The notes: generated by a model not told the origin, from the sequence alone. 63,969 nucleotides of DNA, filler included, from Octopus bimaculoides (GCF_001194135.2; 9 parts of 8 records of this genome joined end to end with filler, not necessarily neighbours in it); one strand, 5' to 3'; positions 24,407 to 37,999 are shown, numbered from the whole stretch's first letter. Program-made: numbers and translations.

Positions 24407-24905
24407 GTGTGTGTGTGTGTGGAGAGCAACAGTGGGATTAAGGGGTGGGAGCCACATGTGGATGGCTACATGTGTGTGCGTGTGTCTGTAGTGGGAATTC
24501 TTGGAGTGTATGTATGTGTGGCGTCTATGTGTGTGTGTGTGAGTGTGTGTGAGCTCTATGTATGTGTGTTTGCATATGTGTTTGTGTGTGTGTATAAATA
24601 GATCTTTTTGTGTGCGTGTGTGTATGTAACCACTGGATGGATTCGGATGAAACTTTTAGGGATGTTTGGCCTTGTGACTAGCATGAACTGATTAGACTTT
24701 GGAATCAATCCGGTACTGGACAAGGATTCTGGATTATTTTTCCTTTAATTTTTGAGAGTGGTCGGGTTCATTTTTAGTATTCTCGTTTGTGAGAGCAGTC
24801 GAGTTTATTTCAGATAGTCTCATTTTAAAAATCATTTCTGGCTAACCATTGAGAGGACATTAGTGTTGCTTTGGAGGAGGTTTGCGCTCTCTGAGTGCTC
24901 TTGTT
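24407..24905 (+). mobile_element. Helentron-associated non-autonomous element (HINE/DINE-1-like)
   Basis: GT-microsatellite body, then ACTGGATGGATTCGGATGAAACTT and terminal GGAGGAGGTTTGCGCTCTCTGAGTGCTCTTGTT, typical of HINE 3' ends (recalled consensus). Confidence 0.6.
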
Positions 24906-25197
24906 ATTGTTACTATAAAAGTGGTAAGCTGGCAGAATCATCCTTGTTCTGGGTAAAATGCTTCGTGGCATTTCCCCCCATCTTTTATGCTATGAGTTCA
25001 AATACCGTTGTGGTTGACTTAGCCTTTCATCCCTTCATCATCATCATCATCATCGTTTAAAGTCCGCTTTCCATGCTGGCATGGGTTGGACGATTTGATT
25101 GAGGACTGGTGAAACCGGATGGCAACACCAGGCTCCAATCTAAATTTGGCAGAGTTTCTACAGCTGGATGCCCTTCCTAACGCCAACCACTCTGAGA

Positions 25198-25229
<32 letters not shown>

Positions 25230-25992
25230 NNNNNNNNNNNNNNNNNNNNNNNNNNNNNNNNNNNNNNNNNNNNNNNNNNNNNNNNNNNNNNNNNNNNNNN
25301 NNNNNNNNNNNNNNNNNNNNNNNNNNNNNNNNNNNNNNNNNNNNNNNNNNNNNNNNNNNNNNNNNNNNNNNNNNNNNNNNNNNNNNNNNNNNNNNNNNNN
25401 NNNNNNNNNNNNNNNNNNNNNNNNNNNNNNNNNNNNNNNNNNNNNNNNNNNNNNNNNNNNNNNNNNNNNNNNNNNNNNNNNNNNNNNNNNNNNNNNNNNN
25501 NNNNNNNNNNNNNNNNNNNNNNNNNNNNNNNNNNNNNNNNNNNNNNNNNNNNNNNNNNNNNNNNNNNNNNNNNNNNNNNNNNNNNNNNNNNNNNNNNNNN
25601 NNNNNNNNNNNNNNNNNNNNNNNNNNNNNNNNNNNNNNNNNNNNNNNNNNNNNNNNNNNNNNNNNNNNNNNNNNNNNNNNNNNNNNNNNNNNNNNNNNNN
25701 NNNNNNNNNNNNNNNNNNNNNNNNNNNNNNNNNNNNNNNNNNNNNNNNNNNNNNNNNNNNNNNNNNNNNNNNNNNNNNNNNNNNNNNNNNNNNNNNNNNN
25801 NNNNNNNNNNNNNNNNNNNNNNNNNNNNNNNNNNNNNNNNNNNNNNNNNNNNNNNNNNNNNNNNNNNNNNNNNNNNNNNNNNNNNNNNNNNNNNNNNNNN
25901 NNNNNNNNNNNNNNNNNNNNNNNNNNNNNNNNNNNNNNNNNNNNNNNNNNNNNNNNNNNNNNNNNNNNNNNNNNNNNNNNNNNNNNNNNNNN

Positions 25993-26034
<42 letters not shown>

Positions 26035-26197
26035 TTGATATTATTTATAGTTCTGTGTATGTTTAGAACTATATTTAATATGGAATTGTATGGACGCGTT
26101 GCAAGCCTCATTTTGAGGCAGAAAAAACAAAACAAAAACAGACAGGGTTCACAAATGGGATTTGGCTTATGCATCAGCAAATGTATAAATAAGGGAC

Positions 26198-26442
26198 ATT
26201 TGGCTGCTATTTCTATCAGATCTAGCTACTATGTAGTGGTCTCCCTCATTGGCTCATACATACATATATACATAAGAGAGTAAGGTGTGATTTGAGGGAG
26301 ATTTGGCTGCTACTTCTAGCAGATCTAGCTACCATGTAGAGGTCTCCCTCATTGGCTCATACATACATATATACATACATGAGAGAGTAAGGTGTGAATT
26401 GAGGGAGAATTTGGCCTCTATTTCTACCAGGCCTAGCTACTA
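26198..26442. repeat. Tandem repeat, ~103-bp unit x2.3
   Basis: ATTTGGCTGCTA.TTCTA.CAGATCTAGCTAC.ATGTAG.GGTCTCCCTCATTGGCTCATACATAC...GAGAGTAAGGTGTGA.TTGAGGGAG repeated. Confidence 0.9.
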
Positions 26443-26741
26443 TGAATGTTGCAAGGATGGTACGCATGATTGACGGAACCACCTTGAGCATGATCCGACA
26501 AAACAAAGAGAGATGGAGCGCTTTGCCCTCATGTTATTTTTTTTTTTTTTCGTTTCCGAGGTTACTGTAGTTCTTTTTCGTAGGTTTTTCTATTTTCTGG
26601 TGTGAGGTAAAGTGTTTTACATCCCGCCAGGAAAAACCAAGGAGAAACAGTGTCTCTATGTGTTGCTTTGTTGCAACCAAAAGCCTCCTAGATGTAGGAA
26701 TGGCAAACCATCCATTCTGGGTCACACCTGAGATTTTATAG

Positions 26742-26895
26742 AAAGTTATGAGTTACGAGTTCTTGAAGAGGGTGGTGAGGGTGAAGTAATTTCTGGCACT
26801 GAACAGAAAAGGCAGTCTTTGAGAAGCAGTTATACAATGAAATGGGTTTACTACGGTCTACACATCTTGGTTTGCGTTGGAAAAATGTCTAACAG
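26742..26895 (+). CDS. Candidate exon of an unidentified gene
   Basis: TTTTATAG| acceptor and AACAG|GTTAGT donor. One frame is open throughout (ESYELRVLEEGG...MKWVYYGLHILVCVGKMSN). Confidence 0.3.
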
Positions 26896-27095
26896 GTTAG
26901 TATGTGCGCAAGTCAGTGATGTGTGTGTATGTGTGTGTGTGAGTTATTGCAGTATAGCTGCAGAAGAATGTGAATGTGTGNNNNNNNNNNNNNNNNNNNN
27001 NNNNNNNNNNNNNNNNNNNNNNNNTTAATTAATTAANNNNNNNNNNNNNNNNNNNNNNNNNNNNNNNNNNNNNNNNNNNNATATATATACACATG

Positions 27096-27131
<36 letters not shown>

Positions 27132-27223
27132 AAAATACAAGTACACACTTCAGTGAATATGTTTTGCATGCCTTGTTTTGTATTGTCATATAAGAAATAA
27201 AGAAACTGCTTTTTTTTTCACAG

Positions 27224-27344
27224 GAGGAGGTACACACCTGTGTTCTTAAGATATGTGTTATTGTTTGGGTTGTTTCTAATTTATTGTGATGCTAAATATT
27301 TGCTGCGAGTCATGACCAGTTTCCTCATTGCCTTTCAGTGTTGA
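27224..27344 (+). CDS. Candidate exon of an unidentified gene (hydrophobic segment)
   Basis: Strong (T)n-CACAG acceptor and perfect GTAAGT donor. In phase with 26742-26895 it reads RRRYTPVFLRYVLLFGLFLIYCDAKYLLRVMTSFLIAFQC-TGA. Confidence 0.3.
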
Positions 27345-27869
27345 GTAAGTTGCATAATAATAATAAAACCTATTGTCATTACTTTTATTATTATTATTAT
27401 TATTATTGTTATTGAAGGCAGTTGGCTAGCAGAATAGTTAGCATGTAGGACAGAATACTCAGTGGTTTATCATCCATCTTTAGGTTCCATGTTCAAGTTC
27501 CACAAAGGTCACCTTTGCCTTTTGTCATTTCTGGGTCAATAAAATACATACCAGTCAAGTATGCTGAGGTCAATGTAACTGGCTTCCCCCTCCCCTCAAA
27601 ACCTATTGGCTCCCAAAGGTAGTAGAATCATTAGCATGCCAGGCAAAAAATGCTTAGCAGCATTGTGCCTAGCTTTAGATTCTGAGTTCAAATTCCGCCA
27701 AGGTCGATATTACCTTTCATCCTTTCAGGGTTGATGAAATTAGTACCTGCTGAGCATTGGGGTCAGTGTTATTGACTAGGCTACTCGCCCAAATTTCAGG
27801 CTTTGTGCCTAAAGCAGAAAGGATTATTATTATTATTATTATTATTATTGGGGGCAATGACCTAGACCT

Positions 27870-28138
27870 TTGGCATTATGTCATGCTTGAGAAGACCTGT
27901 CAAGCGAAACAAAATTGCAGTCATGGTAGATACCGGTATTGCGCAAATGGCACCTGTGCCGCTGGCACATAAAAGCACCAATTACATTCTCGGAGTAGTT
28001 GGTGTTAGGAAGGGCATCCAGCCGTAGAAAACCATGCCAAATCAGACTGGAGTCTGGTACAGCCTTCCAGCTTACCAGCCCTGGTCAAACCATCCAACCC
28101 ATGCCAGCATAGACAACAGACGTTAAATGATGATGATT
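27870..28138 (+). mobile_element. RTE-derived 3' UTR element with (GAT)n tail
   Basis: GACCTTTGGCATTATGTC...GGAAGGGCATCCAGCCGTAGAAA...GACGTTAAATGATGATG. Confidence 0.75.
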
Positions 28139-28625
28139 ATTGTTGTTATTAATACTAATAGTTACATTTAGCAACTTGAGGGGGTAGGGTGACAGGAACA
28201 GTCATACAATAGGACTAAGTTGGGCTTCAATATTAACTCAAACTTTTTACATTTGAAATTTGAATTCTATCACAACCATTTCATATTTACATCAGCTTTT
28301 TCTAGGCTTGCGTTGGTTACACAAGACATGTTAAGGCAGCCTTCTACTACTGAATGCTCTTCTTGTCACCAACCTTTACTTGTTTCCAAATAAGGAATGT
28401 ATTTCAGCAATCTTATGCATAACAAACTATGCAAAGTGCAAATATAAATGTTTACACATTGATGCCCAAAGTGTCAGTCAGTTATGCTTCAAGCACATAC
28501 ATAATGCATATATAGACACACACACGCATGCATGTGAGTGTCGTCTTGATATCATTTACATACTTAAAGCATAAAAAACTAACAGTTTAATCACCAACGT
28601 GTTAATGTAAACACCTGCCATGTGT

Positions 28626-28975
28626 ACATCATCATCATCATCATCGTTTAACATCTGCTTTCCATGCTAGCATGGGTTGGACGATTTGACTGAGGACTGG
28701 TGAACCAGATGGCTACACCAGGCTCCAATCTGATCTGGCAGAGTTTCTACAGCTGGATGCCCTTCCTAACGCCAACCACTCCGAGAGTGTAGTGGGTGCT
28801 TTTACGTGCCACCAGCACGAAGGCCAGTCAGGAGGTACTGGCAACGGCAACGCTCGAAATGGTGTATTTTACGTGCCACCTGCACGGGAGCCAGTCCAGC
28901 GGTACTGGCAATGAACTCGCTCGAATGTCTTTTCACGTGCCACTGGCACAAGTGCCAGGAAGGCGACGTTGGTAA
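28626..28975 (-). mobile_element. RTE-derived 3' UTR element with hairpin repeat units
   Basis: (CAT)n tail and the same body as 4838-5427; three ~63-nt units. Confidence 0.8.
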
Positions 28976-29360
28976 CACAAACAAAAATATTAAATCAAGA
29001 ATACCCTCCAGTGCCACCAGTGATTGTGGTACTGTAGCAGTAGAGCAGCACCAGCGACAGTTGAAGAAATGCTAAAACTTTCAGGATAGTCACCAAGATA
29101 ACCACTAATCTAGTTTAGTTAACTATTTAGCCATAGGTCAGCTCTGATTGAGAAGATCAATGATCAAAGCCAATCTGACAATGATTACATTAGCTAATGT
29201 TTTCCATAAACAGTCAATTAGCAAAGCTTTGGTTATTGTTATTAAGCCCTAAGTCAGCCCTGATTGAATAGGCCTTTGATCAAGTATCATCCAATTTTGA
29301 CCATCTAGTCTTATTTTCAGGACTTTGCCCTCAATGAATCCTTCCTTTTTTAAAATGAAC

Positions 29361-29396
<36 letters not shown>

Positions 29397-32300
29397 TTGG
29401 CTGCTATTTTTAAGCAGGTCAAGCAACCACATATAAATTCCCTCGGTGGCTCATAGCTTATTAGCTTATCTGCCATGACGAGTGTAGCAGCAACACCATC
29501 AATTATTAACATTATAAAAGCAGATTAACTAGACAGAAGTTAGAGGGTCCCAGATTAACAGGTGAAGCAGTAATAAAGGCTGTAGAAAGATCCACTGCAA
29601 AGCTTCAAATGCAGAATGTTAAAATTCTGAAGTCCCAAGTTTATATTCTCTTTTACTTGTTTCAGTCATTTGACTGTGGCCATGCAGGAGCACTCCACGT
29701 AAAAGCACCCTGTATACTCTGTAAAGTGGTTGGCATTAGGAAGGGCATCCAGTCTTAGAAACCATGCCAAATCAGACTGGAGTCTGGTGCAGCTTTCCAT
29801 CTTACCAACTCTGGTCAAACCATCTAATTCATGCCAGCATGGACAAATGAGGATGATGACAGTGATCAATTACTTGACAAAGCATGGACAAACCAATTTT
29901 CTTTAACACCAAATCAATGTTTATCAAGAAGACAGACCTATGATCAAAAGGTAGTCAAGACATGACCATCCCATCAGCTTGTCAGAAATAACATAACCCA
30001 GAGTATATAATTCAAAATGCTCATTTTTATGAAGGTTGAGTATAATTTGAAGGAAATTTAGGCTGCTATTTCTAGCAGGTCAAATAACTGTATAGAGCAG
30101 GTATAGGCAAACTTTTTCAACCAATAGGCTATATGAGATACTGTTCATCAGGAATTGAGTCATAATGGAAGTAAGCAGGGCTATAGGTTGTCTGCAAGTG
30201 ATATACAAAGTTCCTTGTGAACACAAGACTAAGCAAGCATATTGAAGATGCATGGTCAGACAGAGTTTATTGAGACAGATTTTCTATGGCCAAATGCCCT
30301 TCGTATCATCTACACTTACCCATTTCCAAGCAAGGTGATATTTCCTCATGGCTAGACATAATTTTCATAGAGTATTGGAAATGGGCGACATTCATTTACG
30401 ACAATCATGCACTGCTAAAACAAACAGACAAATATATACACACATATACAACAAGCAGCCCTGCTTTCAATTTTTGTCTGAAAATTCATTCACGAAGCTT
30501 TTGTAGAAGGCTCTTGCCCATAGCGCCCTGCAATAGCACTAAACCTAGAACCATCTGGTTGGGAAGCAAACTTCTTGACCACACAATCATGCCAGACTTT
30601 CCATACTGGCATGGGTTGGTCAGTTTGAGAGGAGCTGGCAAGCCAGAGAACTGTACCAAGCTCCAGTTACCAATTTTGGCATAGTTTCTACAGTTAGATG
30701 CCCTTTCTAATGCCAACCACTTTACAGAATGTATTGGGTGCTTTATACATGACACCAGCACACGCAGTAATATGTGTGGACAAGAAAAAAACTTAGACCA
30801 AAGTAGTTAACAAAAGTAGCTATAAACAGAAGGCTAAGAGGGAGATATTGAAAGGCCTGACTACAAGGTCATCGGTTCAAACTTATCCTCAAAAGCTTAT
30901 GCAATTTGCATAACAACCAAACATGGGTACTGCCTTAATTCCCAGTTGGCATAGCTTAGCATTTTGGAATAGAATTTGACTGTGATAAAAAAAATTAAAA
31001 AATATGCTTTTTCTGACAACTCCTATGTATATTTCCAAACCTTACTCAACTGGTAATAATATATATTGAAACCCTGGCAGAGAATACTTTTTAAACAGGA
31101 CTCCAGCTTGTTCAGACATTAGAAAAATCAAGGAAGTTTTCATGTAGCACAAATTAAATATAAATTATTTTGCGTCAATACGGGGGTGGTTTGCTTTCGA
31201 GGAAGAACACCAGATAATGGCATGGGTAATAACATGTACCAACGGAGTTCTTGCTATAAAATCAATGCAAAAATCTGGGAACAATATGTCCGCATTACAT
31301 CATTTCATCTTTGCAAACTAATGCAATTTTAGATGTTTCAACTTGCACATCTGCAAAGTTTAAAATCAGAAATACATATTGCTGCAGACCACAAACAAAC
31401 AAGAAATATTAGCTTTTTATAAATATATATCTCATTTAGATTTCCTGCGCGTAGATGCTGGGATGCGAGCGTAGAGTTAATCACGAAGGGAAATGAGGAA
31501 AATCGCGACGAAACGTATAGGAAATATGATAAAATTAGTCAAGATTACAAGAGGAAATGCTGATGTGAATGTAAGTGTGTGTACGTAAGCATACGTAAAG
31601 AGAAAGGAAAGAGCGCGTAGCTAACAGCTGACTGATTACTACTAAAGTATGAAAATGATGAGGAGTGCTCAACTCAACAAGTTGTGACAGCTTGATCACA
31701 GACACAAATTATTTTATTTTTTTTTAACACGAAAGCCAATACTAAAAATCTGTATTGTGTGAACATATTTTATGAATGTCAATAGCCATCGTGTTATGTA
31801 CGTTTGTGGATATACAACGGTGCGCCGTGTGGGCAACCACAACCGTATAATAGCACTTTAGACTTTACATACACCCTCTCTCTCTCTTCTACACAATACA
31901 GTGTGTGTGTGTGAGTGTGTGTGTCAAAGTAGAAATGAGAGTTGCGAATCGTGGCGCAAATAAAAGATTCAAAGAATATTTAGATTTCAAGCTCATGCAA
32001 CAAAAGAAGTGTAAATGAAGAATGATTTCCCAAGAGTTCAGAGCAATGCAACACGTATCAATAAGGATATAAGACTAAACAGACATTAATTTTAGAGATC
32101 GGGTGTTATTTGGCAGCCGAAGACATCCAAGGAGGTGTTTATTGTCTAAAGCTGATCGTTAAAAGGAGAAAACTACATGACATGTAGTTATTATCCATTT
32201 TCTGGGTTGCTGAATGATAGTACCCTGCCGAGACAAGTACTGACAAATCACGTCATCTCGTTTCAAAAGAACTGGAATGACATGAAAGGAAAAGACTTAA

Positions 32301-32861
32301 TGAAATCTTTCCAGAAACTTCCAAAAAGGGAATGTCTTTAACATCAAGACTGATAGCAATCACACACGCACGCATTCAAGTTCCTACCTCGTACACAATT
32401 TATTATTTTTAACTATAAAACAATTACGATGCAGTGATGACTAAAGTTTAAGGGTCTTCAACATGTTTCCTATAAACCTTAACACTAATCGTCAAAAAAA
32501 TCATGTAAAGTCCATCCCGTCTTCTTCATTTATTTCAAGAGATGTGACATTTTAAAGTGCGAAGTCTCTCTCTCTTCCTCTCAACACGAGGAAATTGACA
32601 TTGACAATAATCAACGGTATAGACAATTATATAGAAATATGGAAGGAAAAGGAAAGAGTTAAATAACAGTTTAACGGAGACATCAAAAGCTTACTACATG
32701 CCAGTGATTTCATCTGGTTACCCGAGATACCCTAAACTGGGAAAAAGCGATTGACACTGCCCTTCGTTACCGGACCGATTAAATAGATAGATAAATAGAT
32801 AAATAGACAGACAGAGACAGATAGATAGACTGACAGTCACATAGATAGATAGATAGGTAAA

Positions 32862-32884
<23 letters not shown>

Positions 32885-32892
<8 letters not shown>

Positions 32893-33004
32893 TCACATGT
32901 ATAGATAGATAGATAGACAGTCACATGTATAGATAGATAGATAGACAGTCACATGTATAGATAGATAGATAGACAGTCACATGTATAGATAGATAGATAG
33001 ACAG
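32885..33004. repeat. 28-bp minisatellite AGACAGTCACATGTATAGATAGATAGAT (~4 units) within (GATA)n
   Basis: Direct inspection. Confidence 0.9.
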
Positions 33005-34094
33005 AGGATTTAAAGCGAAAGAACTCACAAATATTAAACTATATATCGTGTGTATATGTGTGCGCGCGTGTATATATATATATATATATGCATGCGTGGC
33101 ACATTTCGTCTACTAGCTCGGATGTAAAAAGATATTAAAAATGCAAACATATCCCTACATCTTGTAAATTAATTACAAATGTTTAAATATTAAGAACATT
33201 ACTTTGAATAAGAAAACAAGACTGTGTTTTTTGTTTTGTTTGTCGGGTTGTTTTTTTAATATTACATATGTACATTTGTATGTGTGCAAGCACATGAATA
33301 GTCATTACTATAAGCATAGTAGGAATATGTATGGTACGCTTAGTTGTAAATGTACATGTTGTAGGAGGAGGATACTGTCTGTGAGTATGGTAATGCAGCC
33401 TGCCAACGCAACTCTGCGAAGAGGAATTACTTTGAGAGAGAGAGAGAGAAAAGTATTTAACAGAGGAATACCTACCTTAAATAATTCATGACTAGACTTC
33501 GAGATGGAACTGGGGGGAGGGGGAAAGCCCAATTTAAAAGAGAACTGCTTTAGTTGAGGAGTGTTTAAGAAATCGAGCTATTGTTTCTGTTTTCGGTAGC
33601 AGTAATAATAATGATAATTATTATTATTTTAAATGTTTAAAGTCTGCTATCGAAACAGCGATAATAAATGTCACGGATATAGTTGCAGCGGGGATAGAAG
33701 AATAGACGAGGAAATGCGATAATGAGTCACCGTTACAACTTCCAGGTTAGCTTAATAATTGTTTACAGTCACATAACATTCTAAATATGTACTCCATAAA
33801 CCACTTTGAAACAAACGGTCAATGCATGGCAACTACAAGCCATATGGAGGAATTACACAGATCGGTTATTATTAGAAGAAATATGTATAAATAAAGAGAA
33901 AATGTGGGTTACACTTTGCTGATCAGTAAACGTCACTGAGCATGCGTGGATATTGACATCCGACGACACCGGTTCATTCAACTTTTTTTTTCTTTTCTTT
34001 TTTTTCCTTTTTCTCATATTATTCAATAGCTTTTGGTCTCTGCAGTTTGAGATGTTTTACTTATATTATTTGCACTATTTGCACGTGACTAATG

Positions 34095-34303
34095 TGTCTG
34101 TATAAGTATATATATATGTGTGTGTGTGTGTATGCATGTATGTAATGTATATGTATGTATTTATGTGTGTGTATGTATGTAATGTATATGTAGTATATAT
34201 ATATGTATATGTGTGTGTTTATATATATGTGTGTGTGTGTATGCATGTATGTCATGTATATGTATGTATTTATGTGTGTGTGTATGTATGTAATGTATAT
34301 GTA

Positions 34304-34359
<56 letters not shown>

Positions 34360-34457
34360 GTGTGTGTTTATATATATATGTGTGTGTGTATGTGTATGCA
34401 TGTATGTAATGTATATGAATGTATTTATCTGTGTGTATGTATGTAATGTATATGTAG

Positions 34458-34491
<34 letters not shown>

Positions 34492-34647
34492 ACGTATGTG
34501 TAAGCATATTTGTATAAATTTTTATGTGTATGTATGTAATGTATATGTATATATGTGTGTATCTATGTAACATACATGTATATGTATTTGTAATAATTTG
34601 TAATATTTGTAATATATGTGTGTGTGTATGTATGTAATGTATATGTA

Positions 34648-34687
<40 letters not shown>

Positions 34688-34850
34688 NNNNNNNNNNATG
34701 TATATGTGTGTGTTTATATATATATATGTGTGTGTGTATGCATGTATGTAATGTATATGAATGTATTTATCTGTGTGTATGTATGTAATGTATATGTAGT
34801 ATATATACATATATGTGTGTTTATATATATATATATATATATATATGAGT
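34095..34850. repeat. Higher-order compound (GT/AT) microsatellite, ~100-bp recurring unit
   Basis: GTATGCATGTATGTAATGTATATG.ATGTATTTAT.TGTGTGTATGTATGTAATGTATATGTAGTATATA recurs about 4 times. Confidence 0.85.
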
Positions 34851-35122
34851 GTGTGTATGTATATGTATATGTATATATATACATATATACTTACACATAT
34901 ACATGTACATATGTATATGCGTGTGCGCGCGCGCGTGCGTGTATGTGTGTGTGTGATCAGAAATTCTTCGGTATGTTAACGAAAGATATTTCGTGAATGT
35001 GTAAAAATAATTGAAATCTTACACTATGAAGCTTTATGAATTAAATGAACAAAAATTATGCACAAAAGCCGACTGACTTCTTGTTAACTCAAGTAGCTTT
35101 TCTAGGAGTCGACCGATTAAAC

Positions 35123-35674
35123 CAGGTTTGGGGAAACCCCCGCTCGTGGGCGCAATTGCACCCGCGATTCCATTTTATTGCGCCCACAGGCTGGTATACT
35201 CGTATGTACAGAATATAGTAAATTTTTCAATTATAAAATTTATACAATATTCTTATGCCCATTTGCGACATAGGTCGCGTTTCCACTACGACTTAAAACA
35301 GTTAGACTCGAACAGAAAAATCGTCCGGTAATTACCATTTGAATGGAAATTTTGTTTTCACTATAAAACACATATTGCTAGGTTTGTACCACCCCCTTGA
35401 GACCCAACTACACTTTAGCTGAAAAATATAGAATACCTCATAAGTAATATAAATGTCCTAAATTCAGTGGTGGCGTTAATGCAGATGTTACGCGTTAATG
35501 CAGATGTTACGCGTAATTTAATGTGTTGAACTTATCTTTATTAATGTATATCGAATTATACATAAATATATACAAGATCTACACAGATTATAAGAGTTAG
35601 AACTTGTGATCAGCCCGCGGACCGTTATCTTTGGAAACTTTTGCCCGCCGCACAAGAAAGTTTCCCCACCCCTG
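35123..35674. mobile_element. hAT non-autonomous element with TIRs and 8-bp TSD
   Basis: CAGGTTTGGGGAAAC ... GTTTCCCCACCCCTG. Flanks GATTAAAC / GACTAAAC (7/8 match). Confidence 0.85.
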
Positions 35675-35999
35675 GACTAAACAGACGCATCTAGGTTATT
35701 GCCAAGTATCTTTTATCTTTTAACTTTTACTTGTTCCAGTCATTAGAATACGGCCATGAAGGCTTTGGTCGAGCAAATCTACTCCTGCACCTATTTGTTT
35801 TTCCTAAGTCCGGTTCTTATTCTATCGGCCTCTTTTGCCCAACCACTAAGAAAGAAGGACGTAAGCAAACTAGCACCGGTTGTCAAGCGATGTGGGGATA
35901 CTAACACACACACACACACACACATGCCGTTAATATTCGCCTTAAATTGTTAAAGATCAACAGCGACAGGAAAGACGAGCGAGAAGATTCCAGAGGGAG

Positions 36000-36260
36000 G
36001 ATTTCTGAGGAGATAGGACTGGGTATGGTGGTTATAGTGGCTGAGTTGGTGGTGGGGAGTAGGTACAATAAGTATGATCACAAGTGGAGAGACGAATGGG
36101 TACCTGACGGATTAGTTCGCTCTGATCAGATAGCTCTGAGGAGCAGGGGCCATTATAGTAGCGATCGAAAAGACAAAAACAGCACGCCTGTGGATCAGAG
36201 GCCGAAATCTGCATTCAGATTAGGTGTCAGACCCAACCATACCAAGCTATCATTACCATC
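36000..36260 (-). mobile_element. CR1/L2/Jockey-group LINE RT C-terminal fragment
   Basis: PLIHRRAV / FCLFDRYYNGPCSSELS resembles the consensus LxHRRxVxxLCLFYRYYNGxCSSEL. Confidence 0.6.
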
Positions 36261-36420
36261 TAGTCAAAGATAATGGTAGGTAAGTAGTCACAGATATGCT
36301 CTAGGTTTGTGTGTGAGCGCACAGTAAAACCACTTAAAAAAGAGAAACTTCAAAATCATACTTCAATCTGATTTGCGGGTTTCCTTTTACAGGAACAGTC
36401 TCGGAGATGGTCTTTTAATT

Positions 36421-36575
36421 AGAGCCGCCTTAACAGCATTGTAGGCCCTCGGGAAAATCAATTCACTCGGCCCTATAGTATTTATTGACACCAACCCACC
36501 ACATAGATCAGAATTGGGCCCTAGACTCGCGAGTTCCCTGGGCCATTTCTCAGTGTGCTCATGCATTAAGGCGGT
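36421..36575. mobile_element. Short MITE with GCCGCCTTAA...TTAAGGCGG terminal repeats
   Basis: Inverted termini and internal GGGCCC motifs. Confidence 0.5.
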
Positions 36576-37069
36576 AATTCCTCTAATATATAACCTGCAG
36601 TTCATATATTAAAAGTATATACAAATTTCACAAGAAAAAGAATTGACGAAAAAATCAGGAGAGCACTTCTTCCTTATCATACATCGTTTCTTAAATGACA
36701 CAATTGTTTTTCGTTGGCCTTATAGAAGCAGAAATGGAAAAGATAGTACGAGGATGATTCTAATCTGTATTATATGTAGATGCAGCTTTCTAGATGGGGA
36801 ACATAGAGATTGGCATTCTGTGATAATTACCGATATCAAGATTTGGGTTTATCAAGTATAAATGAAGACAATTTTTTCGTGCAATTTAGTTTTTTCTCAT
36901 CAAAGTCGCATTACTTGAGCAACAGTTATTCAGCGACAGAAATGAAAAACATCTGATTCAATACTTAAACCGTTTTCTAACAATTATAATAGCTGGAAGA
37001 AAAAAAAGTGACAAAGTTTAGAAGATTACGTTTTTGTATTTCGTTTCTTAATGTGAACTCATGTGTTGA

Positions 37070-37460
37070 AACACATTTTGTTGTATCTTGGGGACGGTCA
37101 TTATGCCAAAAATAAACACATGCACTGATTTTATTTCACTTCTGTTATTATTTGTCAATTGACTATTTAACCACTTAACTAATCAATCGTTTCGGTTAAC
37201 CGTTCAATCAATCAGTCAATCAATCAATCAGTTAGGGTCTTTTTGAAAATCCTTTCGTCGCAAGTCGCAAACTCATCAATGACATGTCCTCCCTATTCCG
37301 AGTCTTTAACAAACTTAGTTGCTTGATCGAATGGTTAATCAAATAATCGATTAGTTAATTTGTTAAATGGTTAATAAATTGACTAATAATAATAAAAGAA
37401 GTGAACTAGAATAGTGCGTGTGCTTATTTTGGCATATGACCCTTCCGAGGTACAATGAAA
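37070..37460. mobile_element. Degenerate palindromic MITE (arms ~140 bp)
   Basis: GGTCATTATGCCAAAAATAAACACATGCACT...TTCACTTCT on the left pairs with AGAAGTGAA...AGTGCGTGTGCTTATTTTGGCATATGACC on the right. Confidence 0.7.
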
Positions 37461-37539
37461 ATAAGTGACTAAGTACCCTGCAATAATTGTTGACTCTGCT
37501 GTTGGTGCAGCTTAATTTTCTTTATGTCTGCAATATGTA

Positions 37540-37752
37540 GTCATAAACTGCAGTTCCGTGGAACGATTTATACAATTCAGTGAATTGCCTGGAGCAAGAA
37601 CTCTTGACTTCTATCAGTCGAAATGTCAAGGGTTTCTATAATTGTGCTACAGTCAGTCTTACGATGGAGCAAGCACCATGTTGAGTCAAATATCTGGATT
37701 CCAAACCAAAGTTAAAGAAGTTGCATCCTTTATTCCACTGCGCACATAATTT
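37540..37752 (+). mobile_element. hAT (ZMYM1/Tip100-like) transposase fragment
   Basis: VERFIQF...CYSQSYDGASTMLSQISGFQTKVKE...FI/HCAHNLIL with one stop and one frameshift; matches the hAT motifs QxYDGA and HCxAH. Confidence 0.75.
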
Positions 37753-37800
37753 AATTTTGACTTTAATTACTGCAGTATGCTTCAATATTCATACCCAGTT

Positions 37801-37999
37801 GAACGTTAGCCCGCCGGCCGAAATGCTTAGCGGTAATTCGTCTGTCTTTACGTTCTGAGTTCAAATTCCGCCGAGGTCGACTTTGCCTTTCATCCTTTCG
37901 AGGTCGATAAATTAAGTACCAGTTACGTACTGAGATCGATCTAATCGACTGGCCCCCTCCCAAAATGTCGGGCCTTGTGCCTAGAGTAGAAAAGAATAT
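37801..37999 (+). mobile_element. Second-family SINE
   Basis: GAGTTCAAATTCCGCCGAGGTCGACTTTGCCTTTCATCCTTTCGAGGTCGATAAATTAAGTACCAG. Confidence 0.85.
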
